Source: Eledone cirrhosa
Taxonomy: Eukaryota
Direction: 5' to 3'
DNA: 64,000 nt
NCBI GenBank assembly: GCA_964016885.1
Contig: OZ024740.1
Span: 226,176,001-226,240,000 of the forward strand
Shown: positions 1 through 13,839 of the stretch, in pieces
How the letters are laid out: each line of letters opens with the position of its first letter
Numbering within the stretch: the stretch's first letter is position 1
Notes under the pieces: model-generated
Database searches by the model: none
The model's input: the letters and a program-made list of their open reading frames with translations, nothing else
What the model was told of the DNA's origin: nothing
Translations under genes and position numbers: made by a program

Positions 1-20
1 GATATATATATATATATATT

Positions 21-155
21 TTAAAAAAGGAAACGAATGACTTCACTTGTAGCTCTAAACAATTTATTTTAATTTACAATGTAAAATTATAATATTATAA
101 AATTAAATTAAATTGTTTAGAACTACAAGAGAAGTCATTCTTTTCCTTTTTTTAA
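21..155. repeat. Imperfect fold-back (about 45-bp arms) between TA tracts
   Basis: ttaaaaaaaggaaacgaatgacttcacttgtagctctaaacaattta pairs with taaattgtttagaactacaagagaagtcattcttttcctttttttaa with few mismatches. Confidence 0.8.
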
Positions 156-556
156 CTGTACCAAGGATTTCACACATTTTCCAATATATATATATATACA
201 TATATATATATCACGATAAATTAACGGAGCTATAGACTCTCGCTATTCCCTGTCAATATTGGGCTCAAAGGAGAAGAAATCCTGGGCTCTTTAAAATACA
301 ATATGTTGAAAAGGTAACACACCAGAGAGAGATACAGTGTGCTATCAATAAAACAGGGAAAAACCACCAGTGCATGGAATCTATAACCTATGAAAGGCAG
401 AGTTGACACACGATAAATAAAAATATTAATTAAAGTGTAAATACATACCTCTATAACTATACAACACACGTACAAATCCAAAGAGATCTGTTTCGCCAGT
501 AAGTTGTTGACAGATATATATCTATATATAAATATATATATATACACATATATTAT

Positions 557-735
557 TAAAAGCAGAGGATCAACAGAGAGCTTGGCAGTTTCAGCTGAAG
601 AGGTAACTAGCTGAAACTGCTGAGCTTGTAATTGATCCTCTATTTTTAGTTATATACACACTCTGCACCATACTATGTATTGAGTACTTATTTGATTTGT
701 GGTCTTCCCTGTCCCATTCCCACAAACTATCCTTA
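557..735 (+). mobile_element. Short fold-back element with tail; same family as 42307-42490
   Basis: Hairpin 557-648 (agaggatcaa/ttgatcctct; gcagtttcagct/agctgaaactgc) followed by a tail containing actct..gtattgagtact, also seen at about 42423-42449. Confidence 0.55.
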
Positions 736-745
736 TACATATAAT

Positions 746-930
746 GGATTGGCAGTATCAGTAGAGGGTCAGGTGCCATGCTTTGCAGCATAGAATTACG
801 GCCCTTTATGGTCTGTGTTCAAATCCTGTCGAGGTTGTCTTTGCCTTTCATCCTTACGTGGTCGATAAAATAAAGTACCAGTATTGTACTGAGATAATTG
901 CTGGCCTTGTGCCAAAAATAGAAACAATTA
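746..930 (+). mobile_element. tRNA-derived SINE with Nin-like domain
   Basis: Head ggattggcagtatc, B-box-like gttcaaatcc, core gcctttcatcct..gtcgataaaataaagtaccag; many copies in the window. Confidence 0.8.
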
Positions 931-2287
931 TACATATATGAATATTTTTTGTGTGTATGTATAAGTCACAGCAACGCCTTACCAAAGAACTCAAGCTAAA
1001 GCAACAATATTAAACAATTATTGTTTCGTGTAGAAAGTGTCAGAATATAATACTAGGTTAGCTGGATATAGTCTAACGTCATTCAGGCCAGAATTCTTGG
1101 CCTGTGGGTTCAGACTGATAACAATTCTGTTGGTTGAAATGACAGTAATAGTTGTAATGCTTTTGTTTAACCCTAAGTCAAAGTTTTGTGAATAAATGTA
1201 TGATGAAAGTGCTCATTTCATGATAATCCTGATCAGAATTCCTTAGATTGTTGGATCTGACTTGAGGGAGATGTGGCTGTTATTTCTAGCAGTGCAGGTA
1301 TGTGATTTAAAAATCATATTGATCGTGGTTGGTGAGAGTAGCGATAATGATGATAATGATCACTGCTGTTTACCTTATCCTATAAAATCAATAATGTTCT
1401 ATATTTTAAACAATTTAGGCCATTCCTTTAGATCCTTACAATCAACAAATGCTGGATTGAAAAACCTTAATGATGGCGAGAAGAAATTAACCATTTGCTA
1501 AAACAACACAAACTCCTACACTCACACACACACACATAGAGGGATATACACACACATGCACTCTTACAAAAACACATGTATACTCTCATTCATACAAAGG
1601 CACACACAAATTGTCTCACACAGAGATGGACATTCAAACATGTACAAATACAATACATAGGGAGATTGTTAGTGTGTGCAGTGTGTGCCAAATTAAATAA
1701 CTGATAATGATTATGATGATGATGATGGTGGGGAGGAGTAAAAGTAGGAGGCAGAGGAGGAAGCTATTCATATTGATACGACTAATACATTGGAACCACT
1801 AATGATATCAATCAACCATTAGTTGCATACCATTAATTGTAGTAAGTTATTTTGGCATGGATGAATTTCTCTAGAATTAGAAAACACATGAAGATAATTA
1901 AGGAAAAATAAAAATAAAATACAAATGAAATAATATAATATAGAATAAAATAAAAATATAAGGAGTTAGGGCTGCAACAAGAAATTTCATTAACAATCAT
2001 CCTTTAATTATCAAAGGAACCACACCTTAATTATTTGTTTATTTACTTTGTTAGTGATTCAAATCTTAATTTCTTTTTAAAAGTTTTGTAAAGCAACTAA
2101 TGAAGACAGGCTGAGACAGAACAATGCTTTATAGCAAGTAGCTCAGTCTTTTAAATCTCAGAGTTCTGTGTTCAAATTTAGCTTGCTTAGAGTTTTCCAT
2201 TCATTAGAACAGAGCTAATAGAATGTGTACCTGTAAGATATATGATATTTTAAATCTCAGAGTTGTGTTCAGATTTAGCTTGTTTAA

Positions 2288-2510
2288 CCCTTTAGCATTT
2301 AAACTGGCCGTATCTGCCCAGAATTCTCTCACTTCTTTCTGTTCAAACTGACCATAACCATCCACTCATACTGATGTTATGGTATTGTTCTCAAAACAAA
2401 TAATATCAAAATCTCATAGATTCAATATTATGTGAGATAATTGTGTAAGATAAAGTCTTTACCACAAAAATACAATAGTATATATATAGGGTAATGTAAA
2501 TGCTAAAGGG
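2288..2510. mobile_element. piggyBac-type MITE
   Basis: 14-bp TIR CCCTTTAGCATTTA/TAAATGCTAAAGGG, TTAA on both sides; interrupts the second copy of a ~100-bp local duplication. Confidence 0.8.
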
Positions 2511-4186
2511 TTAAAGTTTTCCATTCTTTCTAGCAGAGTCAGTAAAATGTGTACCAGTAAGATAAATGAACCAGAATAAATAATATTTGATCAAATGCAA
2601 TCGATAATTTATCTTTAAAATCTGAATGAAGCTAACAATTTGGCTTCTTTTTCTCTATGTATTTAATTGTACAATTTTTCCATAGTTGTTTATTTACTTT
2701 CTATACTCCACTATCTAGATTAATTTATATAATTAATATATATATATTAGTATGTTATATATGGAAGTTTTATTCATCATCATCATCATAATCATCATTA
2801 TCGTTTTCTCATTCACTTTTTCCAAGCTACTTTAGGCTGGACACAAGCTTCTGAAGCAGTACTCTAAAGCTGGATGCCCTTTCTAATGAAAAATCTCAAT
2901 AGATTTTTTTAAAGTGAGGTGATGTACATTAAACCACTGAGACAGGAGACCTTCATCTATGAAGGAATATAAACAATTGTTACTGCTTGTACTAGCAGTT
3001 TCAAATGCAATGCGAAGATGCAAAGACAAACACAAACACATTATATATGTATTATAAAAAGCAGTGAAATGGTCATGGATAGAATTTGTTTGGTCAGTGG
3101 TCTGCTACATCAGGACTAACCTAGGGCTTGACAATAACAACAACAGGACAGTATGTGAAAGCATATTTCTTCTTCTTCTTTGTCTTCTTCATCTTCATCT
3201 TCTCCCCATCCCCAGTTAATTGTGGGAGGTTTGTGTTGGCAGAGTCCTCATTGGATCATGTATAAAGCAACTGCCTCCAATTGATCCAGTTGGATCCCCA
3301 AACAAAACCAGCGAAACTCATGCATGTTATCTAACCATCTTGCTAGGGATCTGCCCCTGGGTCTCCTGCTGGTTGGCTTTGCCCATATTTAATGTTTGAA
3401 ATATAATAGTAACCTTAAAACGTATTAGGTCTTTCTACAAAATAATCTTGGAAATATTCACCTAAATATGTCTGGTAAACTGAAATCATAAACTCTTTAG
3501 ATTTTTTCAAGAGTTAATGGATTCTCACATCAGGTGGGTATGTAGCTATAGCTTTTGTAACAAAACTGAATATATTTGAAGTATGTTAATATTAATTATG
3601 ACTTTACACACTGAATTGGCTAATATATACACTGTAGAGAAAAACACACATACTCACACATGCATATATGTATGTTTATGCCAAAACAGTAACATATGTG
3701 AGACACAGTCCCCAGCTGGGATAGAAAGACGGTAGTTCTGATTAAGTTCAGATGTGTTCTATAACGACCTATCCATCCATACCAGCATGAAAAATGGATG
3801 TAAAATGAAGGGTGTGTATGTGCATGTGTATATTTGTCTGTGCTTGTGTAAAACTAAATAGAAATTAAATAAAACGGTACCAGATTGAAATAAGTAATGG
3901 GATCATTATGATTATCTATAATCTCAAGGGCAGTACCAGAGAATATCCACAGTTTATGTTCTAAAACCAGTAATATATTTATATAGTGAGCTTCAATTTG
4001 AGTGAAGCTTTTTGAAGTAACAACTCCCAACTATTGAAAACTATTTATTCAGTCATTGCATACAAATTTGACAAATAGTCAACATACTGATAATTGTAGC
4101 AGTGGCTGAAAATCAGAAGGAAGGGAAAAATAAATATTTCACACTCACCTTTGAAGTACATATGCTGATGCCATATTTAGAAAGGA

Positions 4187-4460
4187 GGAGGTGCATGGCC
4201 TTGTGGTGAGGATGTTGGATTTACAAAAATGGGTTTAATTCCTGAACTAGGTTGTGTGTTGTGTTCATGAGCAAAATTCTTCATTCCAAGCTGCTCAAGT
4301 ATACTCAGCTGAAAATGAGTACCAGCAATAGCTGGTGGTAGGGTGGGGTGGGTTTGTCCCTGTGATTGACTGGTGTCCTGTCCATGGGGGGAGTCTTGTA
4401 TTTTAAGTTGGTTCATGCCACAGGACTGGGATAAGCACCAGACTGATGAGCCTCCTGGTT
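4187..4460 (+). mobile_element. Diverged tRNA-derived SINE
   Basis: Head ggaggtgcatggccttgtggtgag and body resembling the SINE at 20659. Confidence 0.5.
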
Positions 4461-5272
4461 TGAGACAGACTTTAGAAAGAGAGTTAGTTAGATATTTAGA
4501 AAGAAACATAATGGAAATGCCTTTATCAGTAACAGAATTACATATTTCAATGTCAATTTAAAAAAATTCTTCCAGATGTAAACAATTGTATCATCCTCAT
4601 CATTGTCATTTTAACATTTGCTCTCCCTGCTAGCAAGGGTAGGATGGGTCCATATAGACCAAGTCAGTAATAAAGTGAAGCCACCGATCTTCCAGGCAGG
4701 CCAGGGAACTGTGTCTCACTTATGTATGGTCTCATATTCCATCGAGCATTCAGGAGAAGTTGTCATGCCTTGTCACAACTGACGGTTCTTCCAACCCTTG
4801 TTTGGCAAGATTTCTATGGCTGGATGCCCTTCCTATCACCAACCACTTTACAGTGTGAATTAGGTGCCTTTATCATATAAATCCCCATCACTAGGGAGGT
4901 TGTTATGCCCTTGACACAACTCGAGGGTCCTCCTGACCCTTTGAAAGAACCAAATGCCATATTCTAGAGGCGTAAATGAAATACATCTGAAAATGAATAT
5001 GAAGAACCATATATACTTGAATATAAACCAAGGAGTATGTAACCAAAAATCGATGGTAGAAAGGGAGTCGACTTATATTCAAGGTCATTATTTTAACAAT
5101 TTTCACCAACTTCAAATTCTATGTAAATAACGTTTGGATTTTTGCCCATTTCTCAGACATAAATTTTTTGGGTTGGCTTTTTATTCACATCAGCTTATAT
5201 GTGAGTATATATATAGTATGTTGAAGGCACCCAATTAGTTACGGCAACAAACAGCCTGCTAATGAAATTTAT

Positions 5273-5515
5273 GTGGAAGTGGCTGAGCATTCCACAAACA
5301 TGCATACCCTTAACGTAGTTCTCAGAGAGATTTGGTGGTGTGAGACAGAATGTAACAAGGCTGGCCCTTTGAATTACAGGTACAACTCATTTTTGCCAGT
5401 TGAACAATGTGAAATAAAATGTCTTACTCAAGGACACAACACGCCACCAGGAATCACACTCATGACCTTACGATTGTAAGCCAAATTCCCTAACCACAAA
5501 GCCATGTGCCTTCAC
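5273..5515 (-). mobile_element. Diverged tRNA-derived SINE
   Basis: Reverse-complement head (aagccatgtgccttc) and caatgtgaaataaaatgtcttactcaagga body shared with other SINE copies. Confidence 0.55.
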
Positions 5516-6385
5516 ATAGTATGTTTCTTGAGCTAATATTCCAATACATTACCAGTCATGGCCAAGTGGTTAAGAAGTTTGCTTCACAATTATGTGTTCT
5601 CATGTTCAATCCTACTGCATGGCATCTTAAGCAAATGTTTTTTACCATTGCCATATCACTTATGTATGGTCATATGTTCTACATAGTGCAGAGAAGAAAT
5701 TGTTATGTCTTTTGACACAAACTAATGAGTCCTACTGAGTTCTTGTTTAACAAGCTTTCTATGGATGGGTGCCCTTCCTAACACTTAATTACAGCATGTA
5801 CTGAGTGCTTTTATTGTGTAGATCAGCAGCATCAGAGATATTGACATGTCCTTCACATTGGCAAGATTTCTTTGGCTGAATGCTCTTCCTATCAGCAACC
5901 ATTTTACAGTGTTTCTATTTATCTAAAATCCTCGCACGTAATTTTATGATAAAAATGTTTTTAAATTATGGTCCAAACACAAGCTCGATAATAGGATAGT
6001 AAATTGTGTTACTAAATCCCTCACAGTACTAGATTATTGAAAAAGATATTAGAAAATCAGAAACAGTATCTTTCATTAGAAATACAAAATTGAAGAGTTA
6101 ATTTGTTGCAAAAAAATATATGGTTTTGAAGACCTGTGTTACTAACATGAAAAGTTTGGAAAGCTTTGTTATACCTAGTCAGGTGAGATCAATTTACTGT
6201 CCCATTCCATGTATGTTTCTAACATAAATATCATTCATTTATAGTTTATTGTGACATAGTTTACTTCTGCTATTGTTTTTATTGTTTTGTCAGGTGGGGG
6301 GGGGGGGGGGGGCAAAGGAAAAAGAAAGGGAAGAGTGCATGTGTCTCTGTGTGCAGATATTGATGTCAAAATCACTGCTGCTAAA

Positions 6386-6540
6386 ACCACCACCACCACC
6401 ACCACTACTACTACTACCACCACCACCACCAACACCACTCCCACTACTACCACTACCACCACCACCAACACCAACACCACCACCACGACCATCACCACTA
6501 CTACTACTACCATCACCACAACCATTACTACACCCACTAC
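6386..6540. repeat. (CAC/TAC/CAA)n trinucleotide microsatellite
   Basis: Direct inspection; source of spurious poly-Thr/Pro/Val ORFs. Confidence 0.9.
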
Positions 6541-7295
6541 TGCTGATGTTGCTGATGCTCCACTGCCACAGCTCATTACTAATACAGCTAATTAGTGCAG
6601 CTGCTACAACTGCAGCTATTTCCACAACTGCTGCAGTTATAATCCTCCCTATAATTCCTATTATCACCACCACAATCATCATCCAACCATCTTCTTTCCC
6701 CACCTGCCATGAGCACACAGATACCAAGTATGAAATTTCTGGTCAGTTGAGCCTAACAAAGCAACCAATCCCATGTGTATTCCTGTCACCATTCAAAGAA
6801 AGAGTGTTTCTGAATCCCCACTACCACCACCTTAACCACCAAGATAAACAATCACTGGTTCGCAATTGTACTGTGTCCTCATTTAACTCATCTACATCTA
6901 CTACACACTAATTTAAAGTAAATTAAATTTACCTCTGTTGGTTTTGGTAATGAGTCTTTTAGTTGTTCAACCAATGAAACTGCCTAATTGTTTCATTAAC
7001 CTTTTTGATAGCAAACTGGCTGAAATTACCCCTGGTTTTACGATACAAAAGAGTTTATTGTTAAGTGTTTATTCTTTTTCTTTTCAACCCATAACTCCTC
7101 AATGAATCGTAGGGGCTCCACATTGACATATGATGTTTCAAGGTCATTTTAAAATCTGGCAGAGCCCATCTACTTTCAAGGCTTATATTTATATAGTGTT
7201 TATATTTATCTTAAAAACAATTCCACTACAATGTTATGCTCCAAACACCCATTAAATGACAAAGTTAGTAGTATTATTAAATCTTAATTTAACTT

Positions 7296-7482
7296 GTGGA
7301 TTGGCAGTATCGGTAGAGGGTCGGATGCCATGCTTTGACGCATAGAGTTAGGGCCCTTGCCATTCTGAGTTCAAATCCCACCGAGGTTAACTTTGCCTTT
7401 CATCCTTATGGGGTCGATAAAATAAAGTACCAGTAATGTACTGGTTAATTGCTGGCCTTGTGCCAAAAGTAGAAACAATTAT
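7296..7482 (+). mobile_element. Nin-domain SINE
   Basis: Full copy gtggattggcagtatcgg..gtagaaacaatta. Confidence 0.85.
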
Positions 7483-7538
7483 TAAATCTTGATTATTTTC
7501 AAAATTACTTTTAAAATCACAGGCAGTATCTTTCATTA

Positions 7539-7727
7539 ATAATTGTTTCTACTTTTGGCACAAGGCCAGCAATTATTCCAGTGCATTACTGGTACTTTAT
7601 TTTATCGACCCCATAAAGATGAAAGGCAAAGTTAACCTCGGTGGGATTTGAACTCAGAATGGCAAGGGCCGTAACTCTATGCGTCAAAGCATGGCATCCG
7701 ACCCTCTACCGACACTGCCAATCCACT
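7539..7727 (-). mobile_element. Nin-domain SINE, inverted relative to 7296-7482
   Basis: Near-identical reverse complement of 7296-7482. Confidence 0.85.
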
Positions 7728-7949
7728 GCCCTATCTTTCATTAATAATATGGTAAAGAAAAGGTTAACATGTACGTGACTGAGTATTCCATAGATATGTA
7801 AAGTCCTAACATAATTCTCAGGGAGATACTGCCAATCCACAAGTTAAATCAGGATTTAATAATACTACTAACTTTGTCATTTAATGGGTGTTTGGAGCAT
7901 AAAATTGTAGTGGAATTGTTTTTAAGATAAATATAAATACAGAGTACCC

Positions 7950-8255
7950 GACCTCCCATGGGTACAAGCTGAAGCATATAGACAATATGCCCCCACACCC
8001 CCCACTGCAAGGTGGTCGTGGAGGTGCCACGGCAAAAAAGCACCCAGCCCACACTGTAAAGTGGACGTGTAGGCGCCACGAAAAAGCACCCAGCACTCAT
8101 TGTAAATGAGGTTGGTGTTAGGAAGAGCATCCAGCTGTAGAAATCAAGCCAAATCAGTTCCTGTATGAGCAAGGCATGGTCAGCCGACCAGACACTGCCC
8201 ACAACAGGACAACCCGTCTAACCCATGCTAGCATGGAAGAACGGACGTAAAACGG

Positions 8256-8293
<38 letters not shown>
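7950..8293 (+). mobile_element. 5'-truncated RTE LINE 3' UTR with (GAT)n tail
   Basis: Matches 35410-35723 (aagctgaagcatatagacaatatgcccc..cggacgtaaaacggtgatgatg). Confidence 0.85.
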
Positions 8294-8296
<3 letters not shown>

Positions 8297-9969
8297 CTAT
8301 ATAACACAGCATGTGACAAGGCTGGTTCTTTTGAATTACTGGTGCAATATATCCAATGGTTTTCCAAAAAGATTTTGTATACAAGGCTTCATCCCAAAGC
8401 CTTGGATTGACTCGAAGCTCTGGCAAGAGAGACTTGCCCAAGATTCCAAATCTCGAATCTCATGATTACTGTATCTCTAAACTAATAAAATCAAGTCCCA
8501 CACGTTGCTCCTATCTCTCTCATTATCTCTTTTGTAAAAAGCCTCTCTGTGAAATGTTAGAAATATGATAGAAAAAGGCTTCTTTCAAGTCATTGCAAGT
8601 AGGGAGTTCTACTCAAGATTCAAGAGTGATGAGGGATTTTTTGGATAAGGTGAGCATCAGATATTCTCAGACCTCTCTTTGTACTTCACCAATGGACCAG
8701 CACCACCTCCCATTCCACACACACACACACACATACATCTCTTATAAATCTGGCTTCTGTATTTCAACCATTACAAAAAAATTCAGAAAATCCTTATCCC
8801 CAGAACTGCACCCTTTTAGAATTCCTACTTCTCTATAGCATGAGACACTGGAATTGACAAAGATAACCTACAAACCTAACTGACTGTCTCGTCTAAAGGA
8901 TATTGAAGCTGAACTTTAACAGCAACAACCTCACTAATCTGTAAGCGTATGGAAATGATATGGAACCATCTTTCTTTCTACAACTAAATACAAACCATAC
9001 AAATAATATATATCTAGCAAGCTTAAATGTAAACTTATAGTATCAAAGATTGTAGTTTTATTAAGTGAGATGTCATCTAAACCTTTGTTCTGCAAAATGT
9101 TGATACTTTTGCACTCTTAAATAACTCACTAACACTATGAGCCAATATGACACAATCACTTTGTTTATATTGATGTTATAGTTGACAATAAAACCTTAGC
9201 TTTCTATATCTAAAAACCAATCTCTATTCACGTATCTCTCTCAAAGAAGAAAGAATGCAATTTTCCACTTTCATTTCATAGGTTCTTCACATATTATTTT
9301 GGAGACCAAAACAGTCCCTAAAGCAGACCATTAAAATATTTCAACATGCTGTTTTAAATTCTTTTTTCTGAAATAGCTATATTCCGTAAAAGTTACTATG
9401 ATGTTTTTTTTTCCTTTATCACAATGAGTCTAGAAGAATTGAAAAGAAAATATCAAGTGCTTCAAATTATATAAGTTTCCACACATTGTACCACAGTTGA
9501 CCTTTTAAGATATCATAAATCTACCATCTTAGTAGAAAAGATGGTGTCTTTGAAACAGACAATTGGAACTATCAGTCTTATTCTATTTACTTCTAAATCA
9601 CTATGAATAGTAATTTATTTTTGAAAGCAATGCTGAGGCCAGTAAGAATGAGAAAGGGCCTTAGGCAGAGTTATAAAATATTTTACTAGTGTTGTTTAGG
9701 GAATAAATAATTCAGACTTGTATTTCATTTGCATGAAAAGCAATAGGTAACTTAGTGCTAAGTTACGTATTATAGCTAAGCAATTTTATTTTTTCTACCA
9801 AGGAATGTATAATCTTTTATATTTATATAGAAATTCATTCATCATTACTCCAGCATATATATATTTATGCTTCCCTGGGTAGATCAGAATAAAATTGAAA
9901 CATGTTCATAGTTGTCTCTTCGTATGTGCACAGAAAATGGAAAAACTGTTTTGTTCTCAACTGTATATA

Positions 9970-10319
9970 CAGTTATTCCCCGGTATTCACAAGGGTTGCG
10001 TTCTAGAGTACTCGCAAAGAGTGAAAAGCCACGAGTATTGGAAATGGTCCACAAAAATGCCTATAAACATCAAAATATAACATAAAATAAAAAAAAAAGA
10101 GGGAGCATCTATGCAAAGGGGCATCCAATAGGCCAAGTAAATATGGTATATTGTTACTAATAGTTTAGAGTTAAAAAAATATATACCACGAAAAAAGGCA
10201 TAAAAAAATTGTGGAAGATATTTACATTTCCACGAATATGTGGTGGTTTCCACAAACAATTGTTAGATTTTAAGGAAAATTTCACAAATAATCAGGACCG
10301 TGAATGCCAGGGTACACTG
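9970..10319. mobile_element. Tc1/mariner-pogo type MITE
   Basis: TA|cagttattccccggtattcac..gtgaatgccagggtacactg|TA: imperfect TIRs with TA flanks. Confidence 0.6.
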
Positions 10320-12554
10320 TATATGCTTAGTTATTTTTAAAATATATTTTGGGAGGGTATTTACTGCCAATAAAAACACATACGCATTTTATTTCACCTC
10401 GATTTTATTATCAATTGAATAGATAATTAATTGGTTAATCAGTTTGTCAGCGGACTTTTGTTATGTCCTATGACCCTATAAAGGATGATGTTCACCTCAT
10501 GCACATTTGCTTACCAGCACTTACACTATATATCCTCTGTTTGTTTCGCTAAAGACTATAAAATCAATTTAAAAAACAACCACAGCATGTGATTCTTATT
10601 GGCAGTTCTTATTACATGGAATGGTCATTTATACTGCCACAACTCCCTGTTTAATGTTATCCTTCAGGACACAGTTGAGGGAGGATGAAGAAGAAGCAGA
10701 CAAAGAAAATTCTGTTCCAACAACCTCAAAGACTTGATAGGTAGCAACATTGATCCATGACAGAAAATAAAGACCAGTATCAATGGTTGACTGCGAAAGA
10801 GTCTTGTACAGCATCCCAACAACTGGTTGCATCAGTGGCAGGAACTTGTGTATGAGACTGTTTCTGTCCCATGTTCTTGTTCAGCTAACTGATATCAGAG
10901 CACAGTGATAAGTTACCAGGGCCCACCACAAGGAGGTCAATAACTTGTGTCCCAAACTATGCTTGAAAATAGGATAGTCACAGTTGGAATGCATTTGATC
11001 ATAGATTTGCTTCATTATATATAGTCAACCTATAGTCAGAGTTTAATTTACACTGAAGTCAACTTTACCTGTGATCCTTTCGAGGTTGATAAAATAAAGT
11101 ACTAGTCAATATAATCAACTTGCCTCCTTTCCCTAAATTACTGGCTTTGGGCCTAAATTAAAAACATTTATATATAGTGTACATGTATCTAAGCAAAAAG
11201 AACAACATCCACAATAATAGATCTGAGCACAAGATATTTTTGAATGCAGCATAATTTGACAAAAAACTTAACCTATGTTTAACTAATTTGTTAATTAGCA
11301 GGGTACATTGATTTTTGATTCATTTAAAACAACAGGGTCTAGTTATATTATGCAAGTCATTGTAACTTTGGGCAGTATTTATTTTAAGTTTTACTAACTT
11401 ATAAAGTTTGCAATTGAAGTCGTTCCAACTTATAATTACAGACAAGTAGAGAATATGAAATAATAGTGTCATTGCGGCTAGTTAGATTTGTATAACTATA
11501 ATTAATATTAGTCCCTGCTTGCCATCAGAGGACAGTATAAACATATACATTAAACTGCTAGATTGCATGCTTTAACAGAATTTAGTTCAAAGATCACATG
11601 GTATTATCATACTCAGTTCAAACACCACCGGTATTGTTTTCCCTTTCTTATCATCCTTCTAGGTTCAATGATATAATTATCAATAATATTAAGATGAAGC
11701 TCAGTCAATCTAATAAGAGTCCATCAAGAGGGTCATTTGAATTGCTAGAAAGAACAAGTCAGATCACCATCAAATTATACACATATATACTGTATGTAAA
11801 TGTGAATTACTGGTGGTGGTACTGAAATAAATACTCAATGCACTGGGAGAGTGAATATATTAAGGAAAACAAAGTTTTGTTTACATGCAGTTAGTTTTTT
11901 TATTGTGTATTGATCTGTTACACATGTTTCACAGAGGATTGGCTCAAGATTACCCATAGATGTTATGGACATGACTCCAATATTGATCTGCTCATTAGAC
12001 TTGTGATTCAACTTGCTAAACTAATGAGCAGGATTGATAATGGAGTCAGATCCATAACTTATATGGGTAACAATGAGCCAATTCTCTGTGAAATGTGCAT
12101 AACAGGTCGATACACAACAAAAAAAGACTAACTAAATGTAAATGAAACTTCATCATTTTCTTTAATATATATATATATATATAAATCTTCTCCTTTGCTG
12201 ATCCAAGATTTGACATCTATGATTCACCAATTAATGGTGAAATATATTTCTTCAATGGAATATATACAAAGGAGATTAATCATTATTGCAAGGTTATATT
12301 TAAGATTCTTGTTAATTTTTAATATCTTACCTCCATAACTATGTGTGTTTACACTCTTTACAAATTATCCCTGTAATTGTTTGATGTGTTTATTTTATGT
12401 ATATATGTCATTTGATTTTTAATTTAATGTTAATAAATGCTCGGATTTACTACTTGGAATCTTTGAGCTTATTCCACAGGTGGTATGGTGCATGTTTCTG
12501 ATATTCTCAGACATGGCATCCTTAATCTAATTTTGGTAGAATATATATATATAT

Positions 12555-12812
12555 CATCATCATCATTTTACATCCGCTTTTCCCTGCTTGCAAGGGTGGG
12601 ACGGGAACTGATTCTGGCTTGATTTCTACAGCTGGATGCCCTTCCTAACACCAACCTCATTTACAGTGAGTGCTGGGTGCTTTTTTTGCTGTGGAACCTC
12701 CACAGCCACTTTGCAGTGGAATGATAGGGACCCCAGTCCTTATCATCTCATTTCTACAGCTGAGTAAACTGGAGCAATGTGAAATAAAGTGTCTTGCTCA
12801 AGGAAACAACAT
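12555..12812 (-). mobile_element. SINE with RTE-derived tail, head truncated
   Basis: Reverse complement of about 20740-21000. Confidence 0.8.
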
Positions 12813-12961
12813 TATATATATATATGTTTGTTGGTTCACCACTGGATAGAATTGGTCATTCCATATGGTCAATCTTGATGTAATATTATGGACAGTACTC
12901 AACATAATGCAGCTCACCTGTCTTCATTTGTGTAGTTGGTGGTGCGAATACGGAGTTAATT

Positions 12962-13308
12962 ATTATAAATAAAATAACAGGAGGCTGGACTGGTGTAAAT
13001 CCTTGAAAGGTTTATTATACTATGATCATTTCAATGACCGGGTTCCGTATGAATCCGGTGATATCATCGGGTATTCGAAATATAACAAAGGAACATAACA
13101 GATAAAATCCATGGGTCCGAAAGATTTTATCTTTTTATTTTCGGATTTTATTTTCGGACCCATGGATTTTATCTGTTATGTTCCTTTGTTATATTTCGAA
13201 TACCTGATGATATCACCGGATTCATACGGAACCCGGTCATTGAAATGATCATAGTATAATAAACCTTTCAAGGATTTACACCAGTCCAGCCTCCTGTTAT
13301 TTTATTTA

Positions 13309-13312
<4 letters not shown>
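12962..13312. mobile_element. Fold-back retrozyme/pLTR-like element (161-bp arms, 29-bp spacer) abutting (TA)n
   Basis: 12962-13122 is the reverse complement of 13152-13312; the one difference I noticed lies in the hammerhead core. Confidence 0.8.
13200..13257 (+). ncRNA. Minimal type I hammerhead ribozyme
   Basis: ATAC-CTGATGA-stem II (accgg..ccggt)-GAAA-TGATCA-TA|GTAT; palindromic stem III ATGATCAT; predicted cleavage after 13253. Confidence 0.75.
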
Positions 13313-13367
<55 letters not shown>

Positions 13368-13839
13368 TCATCATCATCAGGAAATGTATCCAACCATAAA
13401 ACAAACCCTATACTAGGAAAGTGTGGATGTAATGATGCTGATAAGGATGATGAGGATGTATATGTATAAATACATGTATATTCCTATTTATATATAAAGC
13501 TTATATATATTTATGTGTGTGTGAGTGTGTATGCATGTGCAGGTATTTGTGTATGTATGCATGTTAATTCGCATGTATTTCAGCTATATCTAAGCATACA
13601 ATAAAAAATACCTGTCTCATACCAGGTAAATTACACCTGATCAAGGTTAGTAATGAAAAATGTAATGCTATTTCTATTGAGTCCTGTTTGATACAACATT
13701 CTTGTTGTTGTTTTTAGTTAACTGACATTTCTTCAGTGTTCTTAAAAGCTTAGTAAAATATGAACCAGTAGACAACTTCATATAAAGGTTGCATGTAGCT
13801 AACGGAACAAAAGACATTGAACAATTGAATTTTCTGTAC

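Noticed and set aside
591-625. CTGAAGA..GAAA as an intact hammerhead
   Set aside because: Stem II is very weak and there is no valid stem III/NUH arrangement
6235-6911. Long overlapping ORFs rich in Thr/Pro/Val/Gly
   Set aside because: Produced by a stop-free trinucleotide microsatellite
8370-9600. Possible ancient Penelope RT relic
   Set aside because: Only vague motif resemblance; cannot be supported without a profile search
10660-10745. Possible terminal exon (cag|..TQLREDEEEADKENSVPTTSKT*)
   Set aside because: No linked exons or recognisable homology; needs RNA-seq
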